Notes: generated by a model not told the origin, from the letters alone. Counted from the first letter of the stretch, positions 26,447 through 41,890 are shown. The stretch: DNA of 64,000 nucleotides from Chrysomallon squamiferum (GCA_012295275.1 CM022673.1:7130001-7194000); one strand, 5' to 3'. A program made the numbers and translations.

Positions 26447-29400
26447 TATATATATACAGAAGTGCATGTAAATACATTGTTTATACACACACACACACAC
26501 ACACACACATCTATACACATACATATACGTTAATAATATACGTTATACAGAGACAGATAAACAGACATATACAAACAGACACACAGGCAACACAAATCTA
26601 TTTTCACTCCACCATTTTGTTCTCTTGTTGAATCACTTGTTGAAACCTAGCTGGTGGTTACGTAACCAGAAAATACTTGTTCATCTGACCGTCAAAAGAC
26701 GCTGATGTTTTCCAGTCTCCATCGATCTGCACAGGGCAGATTTAAGCAAATATAATAGACTTAAGATGTTTTACTCTTAAAATAGCAGAGATGAAACTGC
26801 AGAAGAGTACCGCTGATAATTGCCTTTTACGATTTAGCACACTGTAAAAGTTGCTCTACCTTTTATCATTTTCTTTTTTCTTTGGCTTATTTTTTGTTTC
26901 TTTTTCTTCAAACTGGAAAAATGTTTCACTGCAGTCTGTGACAGTCAGAATCATCTTCAAAGTTTAAAGGATGTTGGAAAAATGTAAAAGAGAATTTTAA
27001 AAAGTTAAATTGAAAGAAGCATTAATGGCTGTATTAAAGAGATTTTGTTTCTGGATTTGAAAAATTTAAGCACGGTTTTGAGTTGATTCTTGTTTTTCTT
27101 TTTCTTTCTTTCTTTCTTTTTTCTTTTTTCTTTCTTTCTTTCTTTTTTTTTTTTTTCTTTCTTTCTTTCTTTCTTTCTTTCTTTATTTATTAACGAGTTT
27201 TAGGTAATAATAGATGTATTTTGTAATAATATTGTTTTTTTCATAAAATAAAAATTCTAGTTCTACACTAATCAGACATCTTAACAGTCTTTTGGAAACG
27301 TGTTTATTTTTTAAGTATGTATGTATGTATGTATGTATGTGTATGTATATGTATGTGTATGTGTGTATGTGTATCCATGTTTTATTTACGTTTGTATGTA
27401 TGCCTGTGTGTGTGTGAGTCTAAATATACAAATACATACACACATACACAAACGCACATCTGTTAGTATTTGAAGTAGCATTAGTAGAAGCAGCATTAGT
27501 AGCAGTAGTAGTAGAAGTAGCAGCAGTAACAGTGCTAGCATTAGCAGCTTTAATACCAGTAGTAGAAGCAGCAACAGCAGCAGCACCAGCGGTAATAATA
27601 AACAAAATCTGTTGATGCTCTTTTAGTCTTTCCAATATGACGGGTTGTACGTTAAATCAGACATGATGAATTTAGCTGTGATTTCATCTGACTGACACTC
27701 TCTCTTCTCCGGAACTTCATCTCTGTTGTAAATCCTTCCAAATCGATGTCGCTCCTTCACCATTATTGGCAGCGAAGGGCCCTTAGACAAAATTGCCATT
27801 GCTAAACCTTTAATGAACACAGGTTCGATTTATCAAATCAATATTTAAGACGAAAATTATTAACTGGGTGTCAACAAACGGAACATGGTGTAAAATTTAA
27901 ACCTTTACAGTCGATACAGTAATTTTTTTTTTTGGTAGGAATGTCAAAGTTGTTAAACTGCGTGTGTCTGTTATTGACACTGACACTTAATAATGTTCTG
28001 GAAATTTATATTGCGAATGTACACGGAATAGGAAGGACACAAAATAATGCGAAATATGGTGAATATGACCGGAATATTATTTTAAAGAAAAAACAAGAGT
28101 TGTTTAAATTTAATATTCATATACATCTATCTGTTTGTTTATATATTTGTATATCTATCTATCTGTCTAACTGTCTGTCTGTCTGTCTGTTTGTTTGTCT
28201 GCCTAATTGTCTATATATATGTCTGTCTCTCTATCTATCTATCTATCTATCTATGTATGTATGTATGTATGTATTTATGTATCTATCTATCTATCTCTCT
28301 ATCCATATATATTATTATTACTACTGCTGCTACTACTACTACTATTACTAATAATAATGGTTGTAGCAATAGTAGTAATAGTGATAACGATAACAATAAT
28401 AACAATAGTAATAATAACAATGAAAACAATGATGATGAAAGAAAACAGAAACAAAAACATCGATATATAAAAATGCGCCTGTTTAACGCATTTTCTAAAA
28501 GAAATTTCAAACCAAATATTCTGAATACCTATTATTTCGCCATTTCTTTTTCTGCGAAATAACCTTGTAACATGTTATGTCACTTTAATGATTTATGGCC
28601 GGAAGATACTCAGTTTCCAAAAGATAGCGAATGCAAACATTCTGTTTTGCAACTGATAAAAGTTTGGGGCATAGAAAGAGAGAGAAAAAAAAAAAAAAGA
28701 TAGAGAGAAAAAGAAATTATAGAACAAGAAGTAGAAATTGAAAGACGCGAGCAAAAGAGATATTAACACTCGAGAATTTCAAGAGAAAAATCGGTGCCGA
28801 TATTTTGCTTGAAGGAAAATCAATTTAATATTCTTTATGTTTGAGGCAAAGGAATTTTCAAATCGCCCAATAATACGGAGATAAATGTGATTTACTATTT
28901 CGTGAAGTTGAAACAGGAAGATATGGTAAAATATGTTCCCGCATAAAGTGAGGATAATTTGGAGAAAATTTAACGGTTTGAATCATCATCGGAAACAATA
29001 ACAACAACTACATCAACGACGGTAGCAATTTTTTCGCGACGATGTCCCATTCAGGGAGTTTTAATTTCTTCCTGTTTCAGAGCTATAATAACAGTTATTA
29101 AAAAAAGTCTAAAAATATGAAAACGTTACTGACTGAAAATTATCGATGTGACGTTTTAAAATATACTGAGCAAAAAAAAAAATAATAATAATAAATAAAT
29201 AAATAAAATAAAATAAAATAAAATAAAATAAAATAAAAAGGACAAAGGATAATGAATTATTTGCTTTCATGGAATGACAGTATGCACACAGCGAATAATA
29301 AGCATTGAAACGAGGAGTAAAATTATTTTGTTGGTTTAAAATATTTTTCCCATCGAATATTTTTTATTTTATTTTTATTATTATTATTCATTATTTTTTT

Positions 29401-29903
29401 TTTTTTTTTTTTTTACGATGTGATACAAAGGCTAAACGCAGTATTATTCATCATCACAATAAAAAGAAAAATAATTCCACAGTTAACAATTTCTTTTGTT
29501 CCGTATAATTACAGAATACGATGCACATATATATTTTTTTAATATAAAATAATTATATATTTGTTTTTCGCTTTCTTTCTTTTTTTCATTCTTTTTTTTC
29601 TGTCTGTCACTTCCCGTCTCTTTCCGTCTACGTCCTGCTTCTCTCAATCCTTTTCTCCTCTGTTTATATGTTCATTCAGTTCCCTCTCCAACCCTCCGTC
29701 CATCCTATTTAGTGTTTGTCATTCTTGTTTTATTTATCTTATGTTGATAATCGTTTTTCTTTTAGTTTTTAAAACATTTTCTTTAATATAAGTATCTTTG
29801 ATTCCTTTTCATTATTAATTAATTAATTTTTTATTTATTTATTTATTTATTATCATCATCATCATCACCATCATCATCATTATCATTATCATTATCATCA
29901 TCA

Positions 29904-29940
<37 letters not shown>

Positions 29941-30066
29941 GTTTTAAATTTAAATCGCTATTTACTATATAAGGAAATCTTTCATGTGTTCGCCGCTTCG
30001 GATTCCGTCAGATATTTATGTTACGTTCCAAATCCGAGAAAAGTCCCATTTCTTTACACGGCAGGA

Positions 30067-30101
<35 letters not shown>

Positions 30102-32064
30102 CATTAAAAAAAAAAAGAAAAGACCATTTAAAAAAAAAAAAAAAATTCATAAAAATGTCTAGAATCCTTTTGGCAGGAAAAGAAAACAAGGAACGGGTTT
30201 TTGTCTATCACTACTAAGGTGTCTAGAAAGTTAATCAATCGTGTGTTTTCACATTCGATTTCTTTGTTACGACAAGGAAATGCGCTAGCGAGTGGCTGTA
30301 GGCCAAAGCGTCTTCCAAACACAGGCAAGTTCCTTTTTCAGAAGATATTTTATTTACTTTCTTTCGACGTATTTGTCTTTAATTCTCATTTTCTCTCGCT
30401 TTGCTCTTCTGTCGTGATCTCGAACAGTTGGAGCCCTGGTATATTGGAACTTTTGTCACTCGCTCGGCTATAAAGAGATCACGTGATTAGCTCAGAGCCA
30501 TGATGGTCTTCAAGTTCTGTCGAGCAATGAGTCAATCTGAAGAAATTGAAATCCAGTGCAAACTTCTAATGAAACAGAAAAAAAAAAAAAAAAAATATTA
30601 ATAACTATATTTATAATTATTATTATAAAAAGAAAAAGAAAAAAAAGTATTGGGATAAATTATGAGATAATAAGGGTTAAATATAATCAGTTTTATTAAA
30701 TTTATAAAAAAAGAAAAGAACGAAAAAAAAAAAAAGAGGAAAAAGCCTATTATGTAACATTGGATGAAATATTGGTTTTAATATTATCAGTGCACTGTTT
30801 GTCTTGTGTACAGTTTTAGAAGTAGCGTGTCAGGTTCGGTTGCAGATGAAAATTTGGTGTCAGTTACAGTTGTCGAAGCTTGCTAGACAAACAGATTATT
30901 TTACAGGAAGTAAATATAGAACAGCTACATAGTTCTTGTATTAAGCACACATGTCAAAGAATGTCAAACGATCAAGTTAGTAGTATTATTTCCAGCTAAA
31001 ACGGTGTTGTTTATGTACGAATGTAATTCATTTATTGTTAAAAATTAAAAGTCTGTAACTAACGAAAAAAGGTTTAAAATTGATCAGTTAATTTGCCTTA
31101 ACGAACTTACATGTGATTATGATATGAATTACTTCTATAGAGCGGAAACCAGAGATATTTGCATAATCAGGAAATCAGATACGACATTCTTTGATAGATC
31201 AATAATAGGGACAGATTTTGGATAAGGAAATAGCATTTCCAGCCACAAAAATCAAAGACCGTGGCAAGTCTGTTGTAGATTCTGACTAAAACGTGATAAT
31301 AAACTGCTCTGTGATCGCAATGAAATTGTCTCATTTGCAGATTGTTGTATCTGCCACTCTTCTAACGATATCATAACCAATAAAACAGTGTGTTCTGTTC
31401 TTATCGACCTCGGTGGAATAACCTTCTTCATTTGTTATATATTTTAATACGCTAGTCAGGGAATAGTATTAATTAACAAAACCAAGAGAATTCCTAGACT
31501 ATGGACTGTTTACATTTACATCAGCAAATCTAATGTTGCTAGTACATGAGAAGAAGAAAAAAAAGAAGAATTAGTATAGTTATATTTACTTTCCTTGCCT
31601 AATTAGCTGTTGTGAAATATCATCCTTGTATCTGAAAACTTTAAGGATGATGCTTTAATCAAAGCGTCAGGGTCTACACAAACATTACATCAACCTGAGT
31701 TTGAAACATGTTGAGGTTAGTCTTACTTCTGCGTAATGAGCTTTGAATAAAACCAGTACAATGAAGCGATTCTAGTACCGTTCAGCCTTAAGTCCAGTGC
31801 ATCACCAGTTTGTCAGAAAGGTCGTAGCTATAGTGAAGTAGGAGGTAGAGATATCTTTCTAAAAATTTAGCATAAGATTGAAATAAAAGAGAAGTCGATG
31901 AAATTACGCAGCGTAGAGAAATCGCTTTTTAAAGATTCGTTGTTTTGTTAGTATTAAATAAAACTTGATACGTTTATGTTTTAGAGCTGATTCTAGATAA
32001 GAAAAATTGTTGTCGTGTGTCCGAGGTGACAGTTACAGTTTATAAAGCAAGACTTTCACAACAA

Positions 32065-32172
32065 CGTAACGTATACAAACATTGTCAAAAATAGGAAGAG
32101 TTTCAGGAAAAGAAATACGTTAACTCAATTCCGAAAACTCTTCCTTTGTTGACAATATTTGTATACGTTACG
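32065..32172. repeat. Foldback inverted repeat (~44-bp arms, ~19-nt loop); MITE remnant or intronic RNA hairpin
   Basis: Left arm cgtaacgtatacaaacattgtcaaaaataggaagagtttcaggaa versus reverse complement of right arm cgtaacgtatacaaatattgtcaacaaaggaagagttttcggaa. Confidence 0.85.
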
Positions 32173-32588
32173 AAATGTCATTTTTAATTTATTAATATAC
32201 ATTTTAAATGCAAGTAACCATCACTCATCATTACCGCGGGTCGCATTTATTTCATTTATATCTTGTAATCGAACTATTTTAGCCTTGTTTGTAAAACGTA
32301 TTTTTTCATTTCAGAAGTAAAATAAAATTAAGTGGGATAAAATTAAAAGTAATTGGCATGCGTCTGATATTTTGAAATCGCTAACTGAAGTGATTTTCCT
32401 CTAAGATAACCTAAATAGCATGCGGAAACTTGTAGTAATAAATACACGATTCAGATAAAAACAGAATGTACTTCTCTCTCTGATCTTGTGGGGAGATTGG
32501 TCCAGAAAGCATGAAAGCTCATATTAAAACATCTTTATTTTAATGTGATTTGATGTGCACGCGCGATTTCATTTCCTGGCTGACGTCA

Positions 32589-32619
<31 letters not shown>

Positions 32620-33775
32620 TTTTTTTTTTTTCTGGTTTAAACATTGCTATAACAGTGATTTTTTTAGAAATGAAACGTAGGAAAGAAAATAATTTTCGAT
32701 AGACTTTTAAAATCTGTTCAAATTTTCACCATTCGCCTCGAGATGGTGGTGTGTAATGGAAATCACTGGAAATAGATGTCTTTTTATAGACGTATTCATT
32801 ATACGTTTCTTCCTTAATTTGATGCCTAGGAAACATGGCGATTTTTTGTAATGAAATTCACCGTACGGAGAGAAAAAACAAGATCGTGGCTTCTGGTTTT
32901 TGCATTAAAAGGTAAAATTCGAGACACACACGGGGCGTCGTTTATGACATAATTAGAAATCCGAAACAGAGACGTGTGTAAAAGTAATTTTATTTTTCCA
33001 TTAAATTACAGCAAGATGAAATAACAACAGGTATATTATAAAGAGTCTATGCTTGAAACAGTGTGGCAGTAATGGTTTTGGAAGATGATATACTACTCAT
33101 TACATCAAAAGAAAATTAACGTGTGATGTTATACTGTACAAAACAACATGACACCATACCATATCAAGATGAACATTATTCACTTGCTATACAGACAGAA
33201 CCGTTGATACCACATTATAGCAAACCCACAAATACAATATGATACATTTAACAATGCTAATGGATATTAAAGTATATCGCACCCAAAAGATAGATACAAT
33301 GTGATCCCGTACTTTACGTACTCATCAATACGATACGATACGATACGATAGGGTCACATTTATAAACCTAGTGTCTCCATTATTATGAAATAATTTAACA
33401 GATAACACATAATTTAAAGCTGGGATAATCAAACAATATCTCTTTAAAATTGTATCAAAGTTTCTTGCTAGAAATGTATCAAAAATTAATTTATCACAGA
33501 ACCAAATATACGACTCGCCATTGAGGCAAAGTAATTTAAATAAGAGCAATTATGACATCGTTGAGTGGACATAGAAGAAAGAATATGTTATTTTATAGCT
33601 ACCAACAGAGTTTCTGTTTTAAAGATGTTTTTACTAAAAAAAAAACTTTTTGTATTAAACAAGTTCCCATCTTATGGCAGTCTCTTTCAAAATACGAAAG
33701 TAAAGTGTTATGTCGTTAAATATTGCTATTAGATTTTTATTTATTTTTATTTATTTATATATATTTTTTATTATA

Positions 33776-33776
<1 letters not shown>

Positions 33777-33848
<72 letters not shown>

Positions 33849-33970
33849 TTTAAATTTAACATTTTGTTCTGAAATTGAAAACAACAACAACAAAAAATTA
33901 AATAAGTAAAAAATAAAAAATAAAAAACCACTGAAATAAATATATTTTTATGCTGATTATTAAATATATA

Positions 33971-34006
<36 letters not shown>

Positions 34007-34050
34007 TGTATGTATGTATGTATGCATGTATGTATGTATGTATGTATGCA
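33777..34050. repeat. (ATT)n and (TATG)n tracts
   Basis: Direct reading. Confidence 0.92.
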
Positions 34051-36028
34051 TTAAAACCATGTCTCTTTTTCTATCTGAGCAGTAGTAAATAACAAAACGA
34101 AAGAAAGAAGAACCGAAACGTACCAATACCCATTACAATGTCATTTAAGGACAAACACTTGCTTGTGGATAGTTCAGTATGCATACAATTTGTTATGTGT
34201 ACGGGGAAAACGTATTCAGGAAAACATATTGAAGACTCAAATATGGATGTTAACAAAGAAACAAAATACATATACAAAAAAGAAGTTCAACACTATATTG
34301 TTTATCTATGCAAATATATAAACACTGTCTATTTAGTAAAGCAATAACAATCGAGAGACTACTTTAGAAAAAGAAATAAAATAGAGAAGACATTTTTTTT
34401 TTTTTTTTTTTATAAACAATTATATCGACTTTTACGTCTTAATATTTGTTAAATGTAAAACCATTTTGCATTTCAGTTATTATTTGTCAAACAAAACCTG
34501 TAAATCCAGTGTTTTACATTTGCAAGAAACAATCAGAAAGTCATTAATGATGCATGTTGCGTGCTTATTAAGTACACAGGTGAACAACAGTTGTCGGTTT
34601 GAAGTTATATACTGATGATCCATTTATCGACTTCGCTTAAAAACTGTTTCGATATTTGACCTTAAAAATATCTACCTAAACAGCGTTTTAAAATTTTCTT
34701 TTTCTTCTCTCTTTTTTCAGTTGTTATTTATTTTGTTCCTTTTTTTTAATTCCTCTCTTCTTTTTTTTTTCTCTTCTTATTATCTTCCTCTTCCTTTCAT
34801 TCCTTTAACTATTTGTCTTCTTGTCTTTTAACCGTCGTCCTGTAAGTTCTAAAGCTGAATCTGATTTTTTTTTTTCTACAACCAAAATCGTTTGATTCCA
34901 TTGGCTTCCTGTCATCTAAGTCAGGGCGTTATCTACAGCTTGCTTTGGCCATACTTTGACGCCTCTGTGAACCAGGATGAGGTCATTTAAGACATATATT
35001 GATATGCAATAGATCGATATCTTTTACACTCACTCACACACTCAAAAAAAAAAAAAAATATAAGCGTTCAATTGTTTGCGTAGCCGATGGCAGAATATCA
35101 TTAGAACATGGCTAAAGAACATCATCTTCTGGGACGTAATATTAAGTTTGGATCAATCAGGATCTTTATTTACTTTTTTTGTATCGTGTTTATTCCGATG
35201 CCTAGTGTCATTTAGAGACCTCGAAGACAAGACCTTTTTTTTTTTTTCTTAATGTGTTTGAAAAGTTTATATCGACTCCCAATTCGGAGTAAAGTAACGA
35301 ACAAATTTTTAAAAACAAATAAGTAAACAACCACAAATAAATAAATAAACAACCCCACAAAAAATGTTTTTAAAAAAGAACAAACAAACAATAACAGATA
35401 AATAAATAAATGAATATATAAGAATACGAAACCTTTACCATATAAACTGCATATTTTTTTTTTTTTTTTTTTTTGTTTTTTAATATTGAAAATAGATAAT
35501 CAAAGCTCATTATTTTGCATGCAATAGTGACCGATGATACATTTCACAGAATTATAAGTTATAAAATTTAAACTCTTAACTCCAGAAATCATGATGTCAG
35601 CATCGGTCACGTGACTTTTCCCAGACTAATTACATTTAATCGAAGGAACATAAAACATACGTCTTGATCCACAGTATACTGAATTTGGACAGTAATTATA
35701 ATCATTACCGTATCTACAACCAAGAGATTAAGACACATCTGTCATGGATTTAACTTTTCACTTTTCAGACAAATCGTAACATAACTTACGAAATGATTGT
35801 GTCAGTGTGTTAGTGTGTGAGTTTGTTTCTTTGAATGCATATATTTAAGTTTGTATTGCGTGTATCTGTGTGTGTGTGTGTGTGAGTGTGTGTGTGTATG
35901 GATGTTTGTGTGTGTTTATATATGTTTTTGTTTTTTAATTTCGTGTTCTTCAACCCACTGAATGCACCATAACTTTCCGACCAAAGGACTGAACGATTTA
36001 TGTGCGTGATCAAGTGAAACTCACAGAC

Positions 36029-36143
<115 letters not shown>

Positions 36144-36874
36144 AACACGAAAAGAGAGCGAGGAAGAGAAAAAGTGAGAAACAGAGATGGAGAGGGAAGA
36201 GCGAAAAATTATACACTAGTAGGCAAATGTGCAAATAAGCATACAAGTAAAAACAGGTGAACTGAACAATTTAAACTTCAGAAACCATAACTCTTTAAAT
36301 TAGAAAACATAAGATATAGATGTGGTATGAATGTGCAAATAAATAAAAAAAAAACTATGCTCCAGTATTAGATACATGAAAAGTAAATATATTACTATAC
36401 GGGACATTTTTTTAGATGACTATCTGGTCTGACTTCACTAGACTGACTACACGCATCATTTTTGAAATAATTGCAAACTGTGGCTCTCCTCACTGAATGA
36501 AATTTATTCTAACAACTTGATCTACAAGTTAATGTTGCGTAATAGAGATTTGCTTTTTTTCCCTCCTAACGATGCCAGTTGTTTCTAAATTTGGTAATAA
36601 TAAATCTTTTCTGTGGGAACCGTGATGCAACCGCAATTATCGTTATGCCGTTTCAGGAGACTTGCACGATTTTTCAGACGTGATGCAGACGAAATGTGTC
36701 TAACACTGAAATCTTTGTTTTAATGGGTTTTGTGGCTTTTTAAGACGAAAAAGGAAGGACATGTTGACGAGATGGCTTTGTAAAGAAAGATGGATGTTTC
36801 TGCTTATAGTCTGGATGAATGTATGAATATATTGCCGGAAGGATAGTTAGCTTGCCTGATGGTTAACTGGCTGA

Positions 36875-36965
36875 TTGGTGGTTGGTGGTTGGTGGTTGGT
36901 GTTTGGTATTTGGTGTTTGGTGGCTGATGGCTGATGGCTGATGGCTGATGGCTGATGGCTGGTTG
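36875..36965. repeat. Heptamer array that shifts in phase from (TTGGTGG)n to (CTGATGG)n
   Basis: Continuous 7-bp period, followed by a decayed GGAT/GAAT tract to ~37260. Confidence 0.9.
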
Positions 36966-39715
36966 ACTAGCTGCATGATGTCAGACGAATGGACGGATGG
37001 ATGATTGGATAGATGATGGAAGGATTGATGAAAAGACAGATGGATGAATAAATGGGTAAACGATGAATGGATGGTTGCATGAAGGAAAGATGGAATGAGT
37101 AAGGGAGGGAGGGATGGTTCGACAAAATACTGGACAGATAATTAATTGACAGAGATACAACATAACGAATCGATTAAGAAAGAGTTTCTTCAAGTGATGG
37201 ATGAAATGTCCGAAAGCACTAACTGAAGCATGGACGAATGGATTACGGACGGATGGTTGGACAAGTGTGTGTGTGTGGCTGGAAATAATCAACAAATAAG
37301 AACTCACAACAAATGAACAGATCGATGGCTGGGAGTGTTTTTTATCGGCATATACACATGTTGTTATTAGTTTTTATTGAACAATTACTGTCCTAATTAA
37401 GTTTAACAAAGATGTTCTTGGGTTGTTATTGTTGTGGACTACATTTAGAATCTGCAGATCAATAATAAAGTAAAAATAATAAAAAAACATAAAAAAAAAT
37501 CCTGTAACAATTTTAATGAGTCCTTTCGACAGCAACTTGGCAGATAATTGAAGAAAAAAAAATAGAAGTAGTGATAAGTACCAAAGCGTTTCTCTTTTTC
37601 TTTTTTTCTTTTTTTTACATTTTCTTTATTATTTTTTTTTTTAATATCTATTAATTTTTTCTTTCATTTCCTATATTCTTGATTAAATTTTCCAATTGCT
37701 AATAATCTACAAGTCATGGAAATAAATTTAAAAAAACCTATATTAAAAAATAAAACACTAATCTGGATGTTCTTATTGAAAATATAGATTTTTTCCAAAC
37801 CTAAATGAATAGACGGTATTAAAGTGCATTTTCCGTCATAAGGCGAGTCCTTGTAAGCATGCAACCAGCAAAACGCAAGTTATTTTTATCTACATCCTTT
37901 TGTGATACGCATCTCACGTCTATCGACGGTGTATTTGCGTGTAGGATATATATATAATCTTTTTCATTAGAGACGACATTTGCTTCTTTTTTTTTTTTTT
38001 AATCCTAAATCACATACACGTTAGATCAAGCTAATAAACTATGCTGTAATTACATATCCATGATCAAGCGACAGAGACATAATTTCTTACACACGCGTAA
38101 TGTTAATCAAGACTGCAAAATGAATTTGAAAACCTTAATTCCGAAGAAGACGAGCATTTACCTGAGAAACCGTCAGGTGAGCGAAAGACGAGTTTCCAGA
38201 ATGAAGACGCTGTAGATAGAAAAATTGTCTCCGCCTTCCTCTAGTCTTCAAGACCGGGTCAATATCGAAATAACTGGCCTGCAGAAGAGACTGAAAAGTT
38301 ACTGGGAAAGCGTCTTGTATTGTTTGTTGTTATTATAGAAGAAAGAAAAGAAAAAAGGATTTATAAATTTAGGAAAGATTAATTCGTTTATTTTGCTGGT
38401 TTGTGTTAGAGGTGTGTTTTGTTATTTGACACGGAAGAGGTTTTACAAATCATTCTTTAACGATTTGAAAAAAAAAAAAAACAAAAACGAAAGAAGTTGT
38501 AAGGTAAGGGTGTTATTTAATAAGGTTTACTTATTTGTTGTTGTAGTTGGCGCTGTAATTATTAGTAACAGAAGTAATTGTGATGCTACTACTACTATTA
38601 CGTTACTGCTACCAATACAAGCAGTAGTAGTAGTTGTTGTTGTAAAGCAGTATTTATAATATTAACTTTAATATTTGTAGTACAAAACATACTAACAGAA
38701 TATAATCTTAATTATATTTTTAATATCTGTCAACAGATATAGAATAATTTGAAATTTTATGTCTTAATACACATACATACACATACAGATACGCACATAC
38801 ACATGGACACACAGATAATATGCCTTTAGTAAATATCATGTCTAATAGGTTTATTCAAAATTTTCTTCTCCATATAAAAAAACCCAACAAAAACAAAAAA
38901 AAAAAACAAAAAAAAAAACACAACATTAAAGTAAATTTAGTTTTAGATTTTGCAGAACTAAATTCTTAATTCATCCGCTGAACTGACTTTTGCTATAGCT
39001 GGCATGAGCTTTGATAGGTCACAGCATTAATTTTGTCAACAGATCACACTCAGCTATTTATAATTTCCGACAGTAACCCTCTAATGTTTTATTAATAAGC
39101 GTGGTTTGCCATGTTGTTGTTTTTTGTGGGGTTTTTTTGTTGTTGTTGTTTTTTTTTCTATTTCTTTTTTTGTTTTTTGTTTTTAAATGCAAAAAAAGTG
39201 CACATAAAATATTTCTTGTTCTCAGTAGATGAAAGTAGTTCACCGAGGTTCAGGTTTCTTCTTTGTTGTCTAATCAGCGTACAAAAACTATGTGGTTGTG
39301 TTTGATAACTTTCAATCTTATACCCTTGCCTAAAGAAATCTTAATATAAGTATATATAAACACACATATAAAGCAAACAATTTATCATTGATTAATTTAT
39401 TTTGTATATACAATAAATAAATAAATAAAATAAAATAATTAATTAAATAACACAGTTAGCAAGCAAGCAAGCAAATAAGTACGTAAGTTAGTAAATAAAA
39501 TAAAATATAAGAAAATAAAATAAAAATAAATAAATACATAAACCTTTATTAATGAAGTTTGCATAAATAAATAACAAAGAAACTATGAAATGGCTAACAG
39601 CAGGAACGAAAAACAAAGACAAGCGGAAGAAGCAATGTTATAATAGAAAAGAAAAACATAAATAATAAAAAGAACCGGTATTTCTTGGTTTAGTTGAGAA
39701 ATATTGAACATTTAA

Positions 39716-39757
<42 letters not shown>

Positions 39758-41802
39758 GGAAAACGATAGAAAGTAAAATGCTTACTAGCAAGTGTTATAT
39801 GACGTCATAAACATTTAGATAGACTCAGTTTGATTTGTATTATTATTGTTGTTGTTGTTGTTGTCGTTGTTGCTGTTAGTATTGTTATTATTACTGTTTT
39901 CATCATCAGCATTATTATTATTGTGAAAAAAAATAATGTTACTACTACTACTACTACTACTATTACTGTTATTACTATTACTACCCCTTTTACCAATACT
40001 GTTATTACAACTACTGCTGTTGTTGTTGCAATTATTATTGTTATTGTTACTGAAAATAACTAGTTTATGTTGTTACATTTTATTCCTTTGTCAGTTATGT
40101 TAACACTTAATACATAAACACATAAACACACACACACTCCATACACACACATGAACACACATACTGACACACAGTAGTCTGGAAGAACTCTTATAACCAG
40201 AGCTTATTTCAAAATGTCAGATCCATAAATGCTGATATACATTAGTTTCTAAATTCGTGCACACACACACATACACTCACACACACACACACACTCACAC
40301 ACAAACATAAGCACGTACAGAGACAGAGAGACACGCACATTCACGTACATACATATACATACACACTTTTTCTCACTCTCCTCTCTTTCTGATCGTGTGT
40401 TACTTGAAAGTGCTGTAGGCAAAAAACAGATGGATACAGATATGTATATGTATATGTATGTATGTGTATGTATGTGTATGTATCTGGAATCGAAAGAGAT
40501 AAAGAGAGAGGCACTTGCATACCCACACTGAAAGAAAGACACATTCAGACTCTTAGCTATTTGTCCACGAAAAGAGGATCATTTCTGAATATAGACATGA
40601 ATGAATATTTCACATAATTCTCGCACGTAGAAAGAACTGACTGCAAGAACACAACACTTTGGCGCTGTCAGAGTTACAGTAAGCTGTTGATAATACTTGA
40701 GGGATTTCAGAAATAAATCGGCCGTCTTAGAGAGCCGACATAACACGTTAACATGTTAATGTTTTGTGATCAATTTGCTTGTTACCACTGCTTCAATGAT
40801 ATAACATTATATTCATCTATACATTATTCGTTCTGGGAACATGCCAGTATTTCTTCTTCTTCTTTCTATTTTGTTGTCGTCGTCGTCTTTTCCTCAGTCA
40901 CTTTCTTCTTTTTCTCTTTTATTTCTTTTTTTCTTTCTTTTTTTTTTTTTTTTTTTTTTTTTCATTTTTGAATCTTCATATTTTCTAAAAGTAAATCTGG
41001 GATTTATATCAAGATATACAATATTGTTTTCGATTCTGTACAGAATGTGTTTTTGTGAATAGTTTGTATGGTTATCTTCTGAACACGATATTTAAACTCC
41101 ATATCGTTAGAAGACAATGTTCTGTACACCTTTACCAAACTGTTGGCCCGCAATGGCGTCCAAGCGACCTCGAACTTGAACGGCAAATATGTTTATAAAA
41201 ATCCGTACCACACAGTTTGTTCCCACAGTTATGATTATATCGACAGCATTTAGAGTATACTTAAATACAGACAGTGTTAATGGCTTAGACATTACGTTAG
41301 TGGCAAATGACAACATGATAAACGTGTGACCTACTTTCCACCAATGATGAATCGACAGAAAATTCAACATGCACAGCACATCGTGACAAATTCTAAATTT
41401 TAATTAGAAAGCGGAAATCAAAGGAGCTCAAATTCTCTTTAGTGAAACTGTTTTCTTGCTAAAGATCTATGGTCCCGACGGTAATAGCTTAGATAATACC
41501 AATTTTCTTTTCCTTTATTTGTTTCCGCGTAGCTTTGACGGTATTGAGAAAAGAACGAACTGCATGCAGAAAACAAATTTTAACGGTAAAAATGTTTGTT
41601 TAATCTGTTTTTACATTTCCAGATCGGTTTGAGTACAGAATGCTCCAACCAGTGGTAGACAAAATAAATAAATAAACAAATAAATAAAAGTTAAGAAGCT
41701 GACTCCAAATCATTTAAGAAATATATTATAATAGAAATGGATGTCTACTTTTCTTCATTAATCACTCTAAAAGATATTAGTCCGTTCTTTGAACATGAAA
41801 TG

Positions 41803-41805
<3 letters not shown>

Positions 41806-41887
<82 letters not shown>
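41806..41887. repeat. (GA)n microsatellite
   Basis: Direct reading. Confidence 0.98.

Positions 41888-41890
<3 letters not shown>

Noticed and set aside
30908-30910. 3-nt microexon candidate (ttttacag|GAA|gtaaat), and a similar 9-nt candidate near 41968
   Set aside because: Weak donors and short pyrimidine tracts; such matches are common by chance in AT-rich introns
31793-31832. Possible third SINE core fragment (ccagtgcatcacc...aaaggtcgtagctat)
   Set aside because: Similarity to the recalled consensus is too short and gapped to support by eye
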